The position numbers and the translations under genes are program-made. The notes under the pieces are model-generated. The model had not been told where the DNA came from. It saw only the letters and a list, made by a program, of their open reading frames with translations, and ran no database searches. Below, piece by piece: positions 40,490-50,662 of a stretch of DNA of 64,000 nt (position 1 is the stretch's first letter; each line of letters starts with the position of its first letter). This DNA comes from Sedimentisphaerales bacterium. GTDB lineage: Bacteria; Planctomycetota; Phycisphaerae; Sedimentisphaerales; SM23-30. The DNA lies in assembly GCA_963663965.2 (NCBI GenBank), contig CAXXFK010000033.1:96001-160000 (forward strand), read 5' to 3'.

Positions 40490-41530
40490 GTGTTGGGGAT
40501 GGAGCCAATGATGAAGATATTAATTGTTGACGACGATGAAATGGCATTGAGCATGCTAGAAAACGTGCTTCAGGAAGCCGGCTATAATGTTTTGCTGGCC
40601 CAGAATGGCAAAGAAGCGTTGGAGATTTTACGCCGCGATCAATGCCGGATGGTCATATCAGACTGGGAAATGCCTGAGATGAATGGTTTGGAATTATGTA
40701 AAACCATCCGCGATAACGATACAGCAGGCTATACCTATATTATTTTACTGACCAGTCATAATGATGAAGAAGCGGTGGTGGCCGGCATGACTGCCGGGGC
40801 GGATGATTTTATCGTTAAGCCCTTCAAACCCTCGGAGTTAACCGTGCGAATCCGGGCGGGTGAACGGGTGTTGAATCTGGAAACACGTGACATTGCCATT
40901 CTGGCCATGGCGAAACTGGCTGAATCGCGTGACCCTGAAACCGGCGCTCATCTGGAAAGGGTACAAAATTATTGCCGGGTGCTGGCCAGGCAGTTATATG
41001 AAATGGGGAAATTTTCCGATGAACTGAATCCTGAATTTATCCGATTGATTTATTCCACCAGTCCATTGCACGATATCGGGAAAGTTGGGATTCCTGATAC
41101 TGTTTTGCTGAAGCCGGGGCGTTTATCCGATCGTGAATTTGAAATCATGAAAACCCATACTCAATTAGGCGCCCGTACTCTGGAAGCCGCTTTGGATAAG
41201 TTCCCTCATGCCAGATTTCTTCAAATGGCTCGCGACATCGCCTTGAGTCATCATGAATGGTATAATGGTCATGGCTATCCTAAAAAACTCGCCGGGAATA
41301 ACATTCCATTAAGCGGGCGTATTGTCACCATTGCGGATGTCTACGACGCCCTGACTTCCAAACGGGTTTATAAAGACGCGTTTGATCACGAAGTCGCCCG
41401 CGCGATCATTATGGAAGAATCCGGAACCCATTTTGATCCGGTTATCATTGAAGCGTTCGATCTGGTCATTGATCAGTTTGTCAGCATTCGGAATCAGTAT
41501 CAGGACGCTGAAGCTGAGATTGTGTTTTAA
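40490..41530 (+). CDS. RpfG-like response regulator with HD-GYP c-di-GMP phosphodiesterase domain
   Basis: REC (VDDD, SDWEMP, KP); RDPETGAH, LHDIGK, HHEWYNGHGYP, ADVYDALTSKRVYK. Confidence 0.94.
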   Translation: MLGMEPMMKILIVDDDEMALSMLENVLQEAGYNVLLAQNGKEALEILRRDQCRMVISDWEMPEMNGLELCKTIRDNDTAGYTYIILLTSHNDEEAVVAGMTAGADDFIVKPFKPSELTVRIRAGERVLNLETRDIAILAMAKLAESRDPETGAHLERVQNYCRVLARQLYEMGKFSDELNPEFIRLIYSTSPLHDIGKVGIPDTVLLKPGRLSDREFEIMKTHTQLGARTLEAALDKFPHARFLQMARDIALSHHEWYNGHGYPKKLAGNNIPLSGRIVTIADVYDALTSKRVYKDAFDHEVARAIIMEESGTHFDPVIIEAFDLVIDQFVSIRNQYQDAEAEIVF

Positions 41531-41651
41531 TACGCCTCATGCCTATAATCCCGGACTATTGATCAGGGTATTGATCACCTGTTTTCAAGATTTTTCGTAC
41601 GAATTCCGTTTAAATTCGGATGCGGCGCGGGTATTCGGGTTATTCTATTAT

Positions 41652-43244
41652 TTACACCGGACAGGTTACTTCGTTTTTTAGCAGAAGTATTTCAGGAATT
41701 ATCAGCAGGAATCGGCTGCCACGGCCAGGTTGACTCTGGAAATCAATATGTCCCTGGAGAGACCGGACCAAATGATTGGTGACAGCGAGTCCCAGACCGT
41801 GAGAATGCGAGCCGGTTTTTGTCGCGTTTGGATGAGGCCGCCGGTTCAATAGCAGGGCGTAATGCTCTGCAGGAATGCCAATGCCGGAATCGATAATCGC
41901 GAATTGAACGGCCGGTTGATTCTGGTACGACGCAGCAGAAACCTCGATATGAACGTATCCATCCTGAGTGAATTTAATCGCATTGTCGATCAGATTAATC
42001 AGGCACTGTTTCAGGCGGATCGGATCGGTATGAATGGATTCTGGCAGGTTACCCGAACAGTTGATCTGGTATTGTAATCCTTTTCGTGAAGCCAGCGATC
42101 GGGTAGATAAATCAATATTGGCGATCAGGTCGGCCAACGGATATTCCCGGATCGATAACTCATATTGCCCGGTTTCCAATCGGGTATAATTGGAGAGATT
42201 ATCCAGTAAGTCAACGAGTTCATGGCAGGAATGATTAATAATAGACAGATATTCACAGAGCCGCTCCTCGGCGATTTCATCTTGCAGCAAACAACTGAAT
42301 CCTGCAATGGTATTGACGGGATGACGTATTTCCTGGCTGATATCGGCCAGGAAATTGCTTTTAAACTGATTGGAGATATTTGCCTGGATAGCCAGGCGCC
42401 GGCTCTCTTCGATCATCATTTGCAGATCACGGTTTTTCAGTTCAATTTCTTTCTGGCTTTGAGCGATCCGTATTTCATTCTGTCGTTGACGTGATATATC
42501 CTGCATGACCAGAATCGCGCCAATACAGGATTTTTCTTTTGATTGAATGGGAGACACCGTTCCGGAGACGGGAATCATTTTGCCATCCCGGCGTCTCAGT
42601 ACCGCCGTATCGGGCAATTTCATGATTTTACTTTTATGAATACATTGTATGATTGTCTGCGTACAGGATTCGCCGGTGGAATCATTATAAATATCGACCT
42701 GATGCGTAATGGGGTGATCGGTGTAATAACCGGTATCCAATCCCAGCATTTGCTGCGCTACCGGATTGATCAATTGAATCTGTCCCTGACAATCCGTTAC
42801 GATCATGCCATCCCCGATACTGTGCAGTGTGGTGGTCAGCCAGTAGCTGAATTTTCTGAGTTCCTGTTGAGTCCGGTGATGTTGAAGTGAAAGCTCGATT
42901 GTTGTTCGTAATTCTACGTTATTGGGCGGCTTGATCAGGTAGCCGAAAGGCTGGGTTTTTTGCATGCGATCAATCGTGTCGTCGTCCGATAAGGCAGTCA
43001 GGTATACCACAGGAATATCCAGTTCGGAACGAATATGCTGAGCCGTGTCGATGCCGTCATGCCGTCCATTCAACTGGATATCCATTAGGATAATATCGGG
43101 CTGGCATTGACGGGCTTGCTGAATGGCTTCTGAGCCGTTTAAGGCAATGGAACAATTAGGGTATCCCATCTCATTCAAACGTCCACGGACATCTTCTGCA
43201 GCAGAGACCTCGTCTTCGACCACCAGAACTCGAATGTTGTTCAT
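41652..43244 (-). CDS. REC-PAS-histidine-kinase-like protein with degenerate H-box
   Basis: REC (VVEDE, LMDI, KP), PAS, H-box region ISQEIRHPVN, NLIDNAIKFT, DSGIGI, GLGL; RBS ggagga before MNNIRV. Confidence 0.85.
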   Translation of the reverse strand: MNNIRVLVVEDEVSAAEDVRGRLNEMGYPNCSIALNGSEAIQQARQCQPDIILMDIQLNGRHDGIDTAQHIRSELDIPVVYLTALSDDDTIDRMQKTQPFGYLIKPPNNVELRTTIELSLQHHRTQQELRKFSYWLTTTLHSIGDGMIVTDCQGQIQLINPVAQQMLGLDTGYYTDHPITHQVDIYNDSTGESCTQTIIQCIHKSKIMKLPDTAVLRRRDGKMIPVSGTVSPIQSKEKSCIGAILVMQDISRQRQNEIRIAQSQKEIELKNRDLQMMIEESRRLAIQANISNQFKSNFLADISQEIRHPVNTIAGFSCLLQDEIAEERLCEYLSIINHSCHELVDLLDNLSNYTRLETGQYELSIREYPLADLIANIDLSTRSLASRKGLQYQINCSGNLPESIHTDPIRLKQCLINLIDNAIKFTQDGYVHIEVSAASYQNQPAVQFAIIDSGIGIPAEHYALLLNRRPHPNATKTGSHSHGLGLAVTNHLVRSLQGHIDFQSQPGRGSRFLLIIPEILLLKNEVTCPV

Positions 43245-43799
43245 CAATCCTCCACATATTATCAGGCTTTGATATCGGTTCTCAGCCGTAATTTCAATGA
43301 TTACCCGTTTCAGGTGGCGTGACAATCCTGAGGATTTTCCTGATTACGAATACGGTAAAAGTATCTTATATATCGCTATAAACGATTATGGATATGAGGG
43401 AAATCTCCCTTATTTCCTGTTATCGCAATCACAATATAAGGCAAGGGCGATGTTTGACTGTTATTGAAATTTATGTTTATCTCTGCCAGATACTTACAAA
43501 TTCGAGTTAATGTATTTAAGGCGTTTGATAAAACTAAAAAACAGAGTTGAAAAGTCTGGCCTGGACGTTAAAAGAATTATCTGGACGTTATTGCGGCAAT
43601 CTACCTCTTCCAGGTAAATGTGAATGATAGCATCAATGCCCTGGCACGGAAATTGGGGTGGGGAATAACCATCTGGATTTACCGTCTAAAGAGCTGACAG
43701 AGATAAATAAAAACGGCTGAACGAGCCGAAAAAAATAAAAAACAAAAAAAAGATTTTCTGCCGCCCCCATTTGTCGGCAAGCCTAAACTATCCCTGGGA

Positions 43800-44270
43800 T
43801 TAGTTCAGCATGGTTTGATTCCAATGCATCCAGTAATTATGAACATCCTTCAGGATGCTATTAAACTTTTCGAAACTGGCCGGTTTGATCAAATAACTAT
43901 TGGCATAGTTATCATAGGCGCTTTGGATATCATTTCGGTTGGTCGAGGTGCTCAAAATGACCACAGGAATCAGGCGGTAATGCGGAGTTTGTTTAAGACG
44001 TTTTAAGATTTCAAGACCATCTATTCGCGGCAGTCTCAAATCCAGGAGAATCAGGCCGATTTGATGATGTACACTTTGATCGTCATGGTTATATTCATTA
44101 AATAAAAACTGTACCGCCTTTTCTCCATCATTCAGCAGTTGAATCTTCTCCTGGCTCTCCTGACTGCTAAGTCCCCGTATGATCAATTCGGCATGACCTG
44201 GATCGTCTTCGATGACCAGGATGGTTCGGCGCTTATTCAAGTTAGTCATGGTGGACATAGCGTTCTCCAA
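43800..44270 (-). CDS. Single-domain response regulator (Rcp1-like)
   Basis: VIEDDPGHA, LLDLRLPRIDGLE, IPVVILSTS, ANSYLIKP, YW. Confidence 0.92.
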   Translation of the reverse strand: MENAMSTMTNLNKRRTILVIEDDPGHAELIIRGLSSQESQEKIQLLNDGEKAVQFLFNEYNHDDQSVHHQIGLILLDLRLPRIDGLEILKRLKQTPHYRLIPVVILSTSTNRNDIQSAYDNYANSYLIKPASFEKFNSILKDVHNYWMHWNQTMLN

Positions 44271-44747
44271 TCAATGTGGTCCAGTCGATTCATTTCGAGT
44301 CATATTGCCTATCCAGTCGCAATAAAAACCTAAATCGTCAAGAAGCTCAGCAAATTTGTCATAATGGATCGGTTTAACCAGATAATTATTGGCTTGGTGA
44401 TGGTAAGCTTTGGCAATGTCCTTATCCGATTCAGAGGTTGTTAGAATGACAATAGGAATATTTTTCAGGTCGTTATTTGTTTTTATTTGCTCCAGTACTT
44501 CCAAGCCATCAATTTTGGGCAGCCGGAGATCAAGAAGAATAATTTCTGGTCGAACCACACTATTATTATCGGAATACTGTTTTCGTTTAAGTAAATAATC
44601 CAGCGCTTCTTCGCCATCCTTAACATGTTTAACCGAGGTTTTGACTTTGTGATTTGACAAACCATGTAAAATAAGCTCGGCATGACCAGGATCATCTTCA
44701 ACCAGAAGAACCTGAATACTATTCTTTGAGTGATCTTTGATACTCAT
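44271..44747 (-). CDS. Single-domain response regulator (Rcp1-like), paralog of its neighbour
   Basis: LVEDDPGHA, LLDLRLPKIDGLE, IPIVILTTS, ANNYLVKP. Confidence 0.92.
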   Translation of the reverse strand: MSIKDHSKNSIQVLLVEDDPGHAELILHGLSNHKVKTSVKHVKDGEEALDYLLKRKQYSDNNSVVRPEIILLDLRLPKIDGLEVLEQIKTNNDLKNIPIVILTTSESDKDIAKAYHHQANNYLVKPIHYDKFAELLDDLGFYCDWIGNMTRNESTGPH

Positions 44748-45115
44748 TACAAAATATCCCTATCCATTATTAGGTATTATTTTTATCGGCAGAATCCAGA
44801 TCAGTCAAATTAAAAACATATAACTGATAATAAATAATAATAGGGAGATATGATAAATAGTTTGGTTGGATTTTATTAAATACCGCCAGTTGAATTCGTT
44901 GATTGTTATGATTCCGTAAAGGAAAGTATAATTATAACTCTATAAACTGTAGTGACATAGGTTATGTGATAGAAATGGGGTTGCAGGCAAATTCCGATGA
45001 TGTTAATAAGAGCAATCGAATAAAAATATTTATTAATCGGTGCCGTACGAGAATCCAGATATATAAATAAATGCAGAGGTAGGCCCATAAACTTAGCGAA
45101 ATTTCTTCAGTTTTA

Positions 45116-45388
45116 TCAGGTTGCCCGGAAAAAGCGAGAATGGGTTCCACCCGGACCAATCAATATCCGAACGGGACTTAAACAATGTGGGCATCGTCCT
45201 TCATAGGCATTGCCCGCTCTATTGCGATAGACATGTTGATAAACGCCACAGCATTCAAACAGGACACTGATATATTTTCGATTATGTGCTTTTCGCGCCG
45301 AAATCTGGAGTTCCCGGATTTCCTGGGGATTATTCTCCTGAGGATTCACAAAAGACAGATCAAGGATATAGTCAGGGTCATCTAACAT
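45116..45388 (-). CDS. Small putative zinc-ribbon protein
   Basis: FECCGVY...YEGRCPHC...GGTHSRFF. Confidence 0.7.
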   Translation of the reverse strand: MLDDPDYILDLSFVNPQENNPQEIRELQISARKAHNRKYISVLFECCGVYQHVYRNRAGNAYEGRCPHCLSPVRILIGPGGTHSRFFRAT

Positions 45389-45565
45389 AACTTATTATAT
45401 AACAATGGATTATTAATTTGTTTATGTTTGGGGATAAATTGTCTGTAAAAAAACTCACCAAACAAACAACGGCAGGACGAAAATGTATATAACTCATTAT
45501 AATGTAATGAACTATAAAACTATCGTCCAAATTTATCAAAAACCATAAAAACAGACAGGAATGCC

Positions 45566-47125
45566 TTGAATTCTAAGTTATCCTCCAATTTAGGACCAGA
45601 AAGTCCAGATGATTTCGAACAGATTAAATCGAAAAGTGTCAGTGGTTTTCTTATTGGACTGAGCGAAGGAGGATTTACTTATGTGATCAAGTTGATTGCA
45701 ACCATGATCATGGCACGATTTATCGATCCTGCGGATTTTGGGTTGATTGCGATGTTAGCGACCGTGATGGTCTTTGCCGATCTGTTCAAGGATATGGGGT
45801 TGAATCTTGCCACTATCCATCGCCAGACGATCGATCATGAACAACTGAGCAACCTGTTCTGGATCAATACGTTCATTGGAATTGGTATCGGATTGTTGCT
45901 GGCATGGAGCGGTAATTTGCTGGCATGGTTTTATCATGAGGAGCGCCTGAAAATCATCTCCATTACGATGGCTTTCATTTACCCGGTCGCGGGATTGGGA
46001 GTTCAACCGCAAGCGTTAATGATCCGTCAGATGCGCTTTGGCCGGATGGCGTCAATTCGAATTGTGACTAATCTTGCCTCCAGTCTTGCCGGGATAATCC
46101 TGGCGATATTAGGGATGGGCTGCTGGGCGCTGGTTTGGATGCAGATTGTCTACATTTGCTTGTTAACGCTGTTATATTTTTCATTTTGCGGCTGGTGGCC
46201 GGCCCTTCCCAGGCCCAATCGGAATATGTACGGATTATTATCGTTTGGAGGCAATCTGACGATTTTTAATTTTTTCAATTACTTCTCGAGAAATATGGAC
46301 AATATTCTGATTGGAAGAATTCATGGAAGTTGGCAGTTGGGTTTGTATAGTAAGGCGTATTCGTTATTAATGCTCCCTTTAAGTCAGATCACCCAACCGA
46401 TAGGCGCGGTGGCGATTCCCGCATTATGCCGGCTCCAGGACCGGCCGGATGAATATGCCCGCTATTATTATCGGACGGTTGCTACCATAGCATTGCTAAC
46501 CATGCCAACAGTAGCCTTTGTTGCCGCATTATCTCATGAAATCGTCTGGATTGTTCTGGGGCCGGAATGGATCGCTTCGGCGGATATTTTTAAAGTGCTG
46601 GCGCTGGCCGCTTTGTTTCAACCTGTTTTAGCAACCACCGGGTGGGTATTTGTATCGCTGGGCCAGACCCGACGCATGGCATTATGGGGTTTTTGTTCCA
46701 TGCTTCTCATTGTGCTGTCATTCTATATTGGAGTTTATTGGCAGGCCATTGGGGTGGCCTGGAGTTATCTCATTTGTAATATTATAATATTAGTACCCAT
46801 CCTGAGTTACAGTTTTAAATGCTCACCGATTAAAATCGGTGTATGGTTCAGGCAAATCAGACACTTGCTGATCATGAGCATCCTGATATTTATTTTATCT
46901 CAGATGATCCATAGCTGGTTAACAGGAAGAATAGTATTGATTATGTGCCTGGCAGGTTTTGGATCAGCCAGTATCGTGTTGTTGGGGATGTGGATATGCA
47001 AAGAGTTACGTGATGTGTTTTGGGGAACCGGGCGCCAGATACGGGACCGGTTTAAAAACAAGTCCATTTTTGGTTTAGCGGTTAATTCATCGGAATCTCA
47101 CGGTTGTGTTAAGGATTCGAAATGA
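45566..47125 (+). CDS. Wzx/WzxC-like polysaccharide flippase (PST family)
   Basis: ARFIDPADFGLIAM, FKDMGL, DNILIG..LGLYSKAY; many TM segments. Confidence 0.9.
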   Translation: MNSKLSSNLGPESPDDFEQIKSKSVSGFLIGLSEGGFTYVIKLIATMIMARFIDPADFGLIAMLATVMVFADLFKDMGLNLATIHRQTIDHEQLSNLFWINTFIGIGIGLLLAWSGNLLAWFYHEERLKIISITMAFIYPVAGLGVQPQALMIRQMRFGRMASIRIVTNLASSLAGIILAILGMGCWALVWMQIVYICLLTLLYFSFCGWWPALPRPNRNMYGLLSFGGNLTIFNFFNYFSRNMDNILIGRIHGSWQLGLYSKAYSLLMLPLSQITQPIGAVAIPALCRLQDRPDEYARYYYRTVATIALLTMPTVAFVAALSHEIVWIVLGPEWIASADIFKVLALAALFQPVLATTGWVFVSLGQTRRMALWGFCSMLLIVLSFYIGVYWQAIGVAWSYLICNIIILVPILSYSFKCSPIKIGVWFRQIRHLLIMSILIFILSQMIHSWLTGRIVLIMCLAGFGSASIVLLGMWICKELRDVFWGTGRQIRDRFKNKSIFGLAVNSSESHGCVKDSK

Positions 47126-47862
47126 AACGAATTATCAAAGCGATCCTGAATCGATTTAATTATGATGTTCATTGTTCGCCCCCGGCGCTGATTCATTCTG
47201 AGAAAGACCGTTTAAAAGTTGACCTTGGGTTATTAGTTCCCATGCTTGCGGCCAGAATACCGCAGGCAATTTTTGTTATTGTCGGGGCGAATGACGGGGC
47301 TATGGGAGAAGAACTGTTGCCCTGGGCTTTTCGTTATGATTGGCGGGGAGTATTGATCGAACCCCAGGAAGATATGTATCAGCAACTGGTGCAAAATACC
47401 GTTCCGATTTCGGACCGGGTATGCTGTATACGGGCGGCGGTGGATCATGAGGATGGCGAAAGAATACTGTATCGAATAAAATCCGATGCTGAATATCCCG
47501 ATTGGGTAAAGGGGATTGCTTCGTTTGACCGTGAATGTTTGTTAAAATGTAAAAAGTGGTATAAAGAGATTGAAAAAGATATTATTGAATCAGTGGTACC
47601 CTGTATGACTTTTGATCGCGCCCTTCATCAGGCTGGTGTGTCCAGGTATGATATTTTACAAATCGATACTGAAGGGTACGATTTTGAAATCCTGAAAATG
47701 GCTCGTATCGACACGGTTCGTCCGGCACTCATCAAATATGAGTATTGTCATTTATCGCGAACGGATTGGGATAAGAGTGTTCGTTATCTGATTCAGCATG
47801 GCTATCGGATCGCCAATGACTGGCGTGATGTGATTGCATTAAGACCCGATTTGATTGGATAA
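47122..47862 (+). CDS. FkbM-family methyltransferase
   Basis: VGANDG, LIEP, LQIDTEGYDFEIL; ATGA overlap with wzx. Confidence 0.88.
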   Translation: MKRIIKAILNRFNYDVHCSPPALIHSEKDRLKVDLGLLVPMLAARIPQAIFVIVGANDGAMGEELLPWAFRYDWRGVLIEPQEDMYQQLVQNTVPISDRVCCIRAAVDHEDGERILYRIKSDAEYPDWVKGIASFDRECLLKCKKWYKEIEKDIIESVVPCMTFDRALHQAGVSRYDILQIDTEGYDFEILKMARIDTVRPALIKYEYCHLSRTDWDKSVRYLIQHGYRIANDWRDVIALRPDLIG

Positions 47863-48116
47863 TGTCACTTTAAACGGAACGGGCAATTTTAAGGGAACCA
47901 CTCGAGCAATTGTTATCGGTCTATTTTAAGGCGTTAAAACGTAACGGCTTAATTCATGTGGCTATAGCGTATAACGTTGGATATTGTCATGCAGGGCTAT
48001 TTAAGTTTAACTATTATTTAGTCGATGAAGACGACAGTTCTAACTCCATTTGGAAGCCTTGGTTATGGGCAATAGTCTACCCATTTTAGATTCTGTCAAA
48101 ATATTCGAAAGCAGAT

Positions 48117-50483
48117 ATGTCCGGAATAAGACATTCCATTAAAAACAGACTGGTATTATCCATTACGTTCAGTGTGATATTAATCATGGCCGGTTTGATA
48201 GGTTATTCTTCGCATGAAATCAGGGAACTGGCTATTCAGCATGCCTACGAACATATCGATACCCTGGGAGAAAAGAGTGTTTCTCAAGTCGAAGCTCGAT
48301 TAAATACTGCCATCGCAACCAGTCAGGCAATCGCCAAGATTGCCGCTCGTTTTGACGTTACTGATTCGTCTGAATTTAATCAAGAACGTATTGAAGCGAT
48401 ATTAAGATCAGTCATAGAAGTGTCTTCTCATTACCTTGATGTCTTTGCTGTTGTGCCCAAGAAAGATATTACCGGATTATCTGAATATGACAGACATGAT
48501 TTATATGGCCCCAGAATGGTTCGGTGTAACAATATTACTGAATTGATAAAATATGAATATGCTGATCATCTGGAAAGTGATCCACTTTTCGGTGCAATAC
48601 ATAAAACGAAACAACCCGCCGTCGTTGGTCCGGTCAAGTGCCAATACGGTGATCAGGAGAAATATGTTGTCAGATTGGCCGCCCCCATTCTGATAGAAGG
48701 GCAAGTCGCCGGTATGGCAGGTGTTAGTGTCAGTCTGGACTGGATGCAGCAATTGATGGATAGCCTGACGCAGGACCAGTTTGGCGGTATGGGTGAAGTT
48801 GGCCTTGTGACGGATGAAGGTTTGCTGGTTGCCGTTGGCAATCGTTGCGACCTGGTGGGGGAAACGTTTGACAAGTATTTTCACCAGGAGGATATAGAGC
48901 AGGATCTGCAGCGGATCCGGCATGGATTTACGGGTGATGATGGCATGGAAGAGGGGGATGATCTATTTGAATTTTATTCACCGGTCTCGTTAGGTTCTTC
49001 AGAGGCAACACAGTGGTCAGTAATCATTCTATTACCCGTTGAAGCGATCGTACGCAGTTGTAATGCACTGGCTATAAAGCAAATTACCATTGGTTTGGTA
49101 TTTATGATGATCATCATTCTGGTTGTTATTTATCATGCCCGCCGGATAGTCGATCCCATTCGTGGACTTATTGAAATTGCCAAACAGATCGGCTCAGGGA
49201 ATATGGAAGTACCAATCCCCTCATATGGTCAGGATGAGTTAGGAGATCTGGCGGATAATTTGCGAGAGATGGTTTTCTACCGGCACGCAGTGGAAAGAGA
49301 ATTGTTTGACGCGATGCGGCAAGCAGAAACAGCCTGTACTGCCAAAAGCGAGTTTCTGGCCAATATGAGTCATGAAATACGAACGCCGATGAACGGGGTC
49401 ATTGGTTTGACGGATTTATTACTAAAGACAGACCTGGAGCCCAAACAGCAAAAATACGCTTCGATGATTCAGCATTCCGCCCGGGGTTTGATTACCGTTA
49501 TCAATGATATACTTGATTTTTCCAAGATCGAGGCCGGGAAACTGGAAATCACCGAAGCGCCTTTCGATATACGAGTATTGGCGGATAATATCTATTCGTT
49601 CTTTTATCAGAGCGCTCAAAATAAAGGAATCGATTTTAAAATTGAATGTGATGAAACTATTCCATACTGGTTGATTGGCGATGTCGATCGCATGCGCCAG
49701 GTATTAGTCAACCTGATTAATAATGCCATGAAATTTACCGCTACCGGCTATATCGACGTCAGTTTCGAATTGATTCGCAGTGATGGAGATTATGCTGAAA
49801 TCGTTTTGCGAGTAAAAGATACCGGTATTGGAATCCCTCGCGAAAAACAGGCAAAGATATTTGAAAAATTTACCCAGGCGGATTCTTCGACCACGCGCAA
49901 ATATGGCGGCACCGGTCTGGGATTGAGTATTACTGAGCGACTCGTTACGATGATGGGAGGAACCATCAGTCTGGAAAGTGATATGGGAAAGGGGACAACT
50001 TTCTTTGTACAGTTTAAATTGAAAGTCGGTACTCAACCGATCAATATCCTGCCGGAATTTGAAGCGGCTTCGAGACACGCCTCTCAAGGCATCGGTCTCA
50101 ATATTTTATTAGTGGAAGACAACGAGATTAACCAGGAAGTCGCGGTGGGTCTGCTGGAGATGATGGGGCATTCGGTCCATATCGCAGAAAATGGCAGGAA
50201 GGCCGTTGAGGCGGTCGAACAGAACGCGTTCGATCTGATTCTGATGGATGTCCAGATGCCGGTTATGAATGGTCTGGAAGCGACCACCGTTATCAGGGAA
50301 TTCGAAAAGGAGACGGGGCAGTATACTCCAATCATTGCCATGACTGCCAATGCGATCAAGGGAGATGACGCGATCTGTCTTGCCGCGGGTATGGATGGTT
50401 ATGTCAGCAAACCGGTTGAACCTGATTTGCTTAAGGCAGAAATCGAAAGAGTCATGGCCATGATTTCAATTCAGAAAGAATAG
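48117..50483 (+). CDS. Hybrid histidine kinase (dCache-like sensor-HAMP-HisKA-HATPase-REC)
   Basis: Two TM helices flanking a Cache-like region; [28 protein letters not shown]. Confidence 0.94.
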   Translation: MSGIRHSIKNRLVLSITFSVILIMAGLIGYSSHEIRELAIQHAYEHIDTLGEKSVSQVEARLNTAIATSQAIAKIAARFDVTDSSEFNQERIEAILRSVIEVSSHYLDVFAVVPKKDITGLSEYDRHDLYGPRMVRCNNITELIKYEYADHLESDPLFGAIHKTKQPAVVGPVKCQYGDQEKYVVRLAAPILIEGQVAGMAGVSVSLDWMQQLMDSLTQDQFGGMGEVGLVTDEGLLVAVGNRCDLVGETFDKYFHQEDIEQDLQRIRHGFTGDDGMEEGDDLFEFYSPVSLGSSEATQWSVIILLPVEAIVRSCNALAIKQITIGLVFMMIIILVVIYHARRIVDPIRGLIEIAKQIGSGNMEVPIPSYGQDELGDLADNLREMVFYRHAVERELFDAMRQAETACTAKSEFLANMSHEIRTPMNGVIGLTDLLLKTDLEPKQQKYASMIQHSARGLITVINDILDFSKIEAGKLEITEAPFDIRVLADNIYSFFYQSAQNKGIDFKIECDETIPYWLIGDVDRMRQVLVNLINNAMKFTATGYIDVSFELIRSDGDYAEIVLRVKDTGIGIPREKQAKIFEKFTQADSSTTRKYGGTGLGLSITERLVTMMGGTISLESDMGKGTTFFVQFKLKVGTQPINILPEFEAASRHASQGIGLNILLVEDNEINQEVAVGLLEMMGHSVHIAENGRKAVEAVEQNAFDLILMDVQMPVMNGLEATTVIREFEKETGQYTPIIAMTANAIKGDDAICLAAGMDGYVSKPVEPDLLKAEIERVMAMISIQKE

Positions 50484-50662
50484 TCACCTTGATTTTATAC
50501 TATTCCTGGCCGAGATGTTATGGTTCCAATTTAGAGTTCGTTTTTCTGACCCGACGGCGCCGGAGCCCAACCGGGTCACAGCCGTATTTGCCTCTCGGTT
50601 GAGATTTCTTTGTCATTTTGCACAAAATATGACTTGTAAGAGACTACCAATTCAATCACGGG

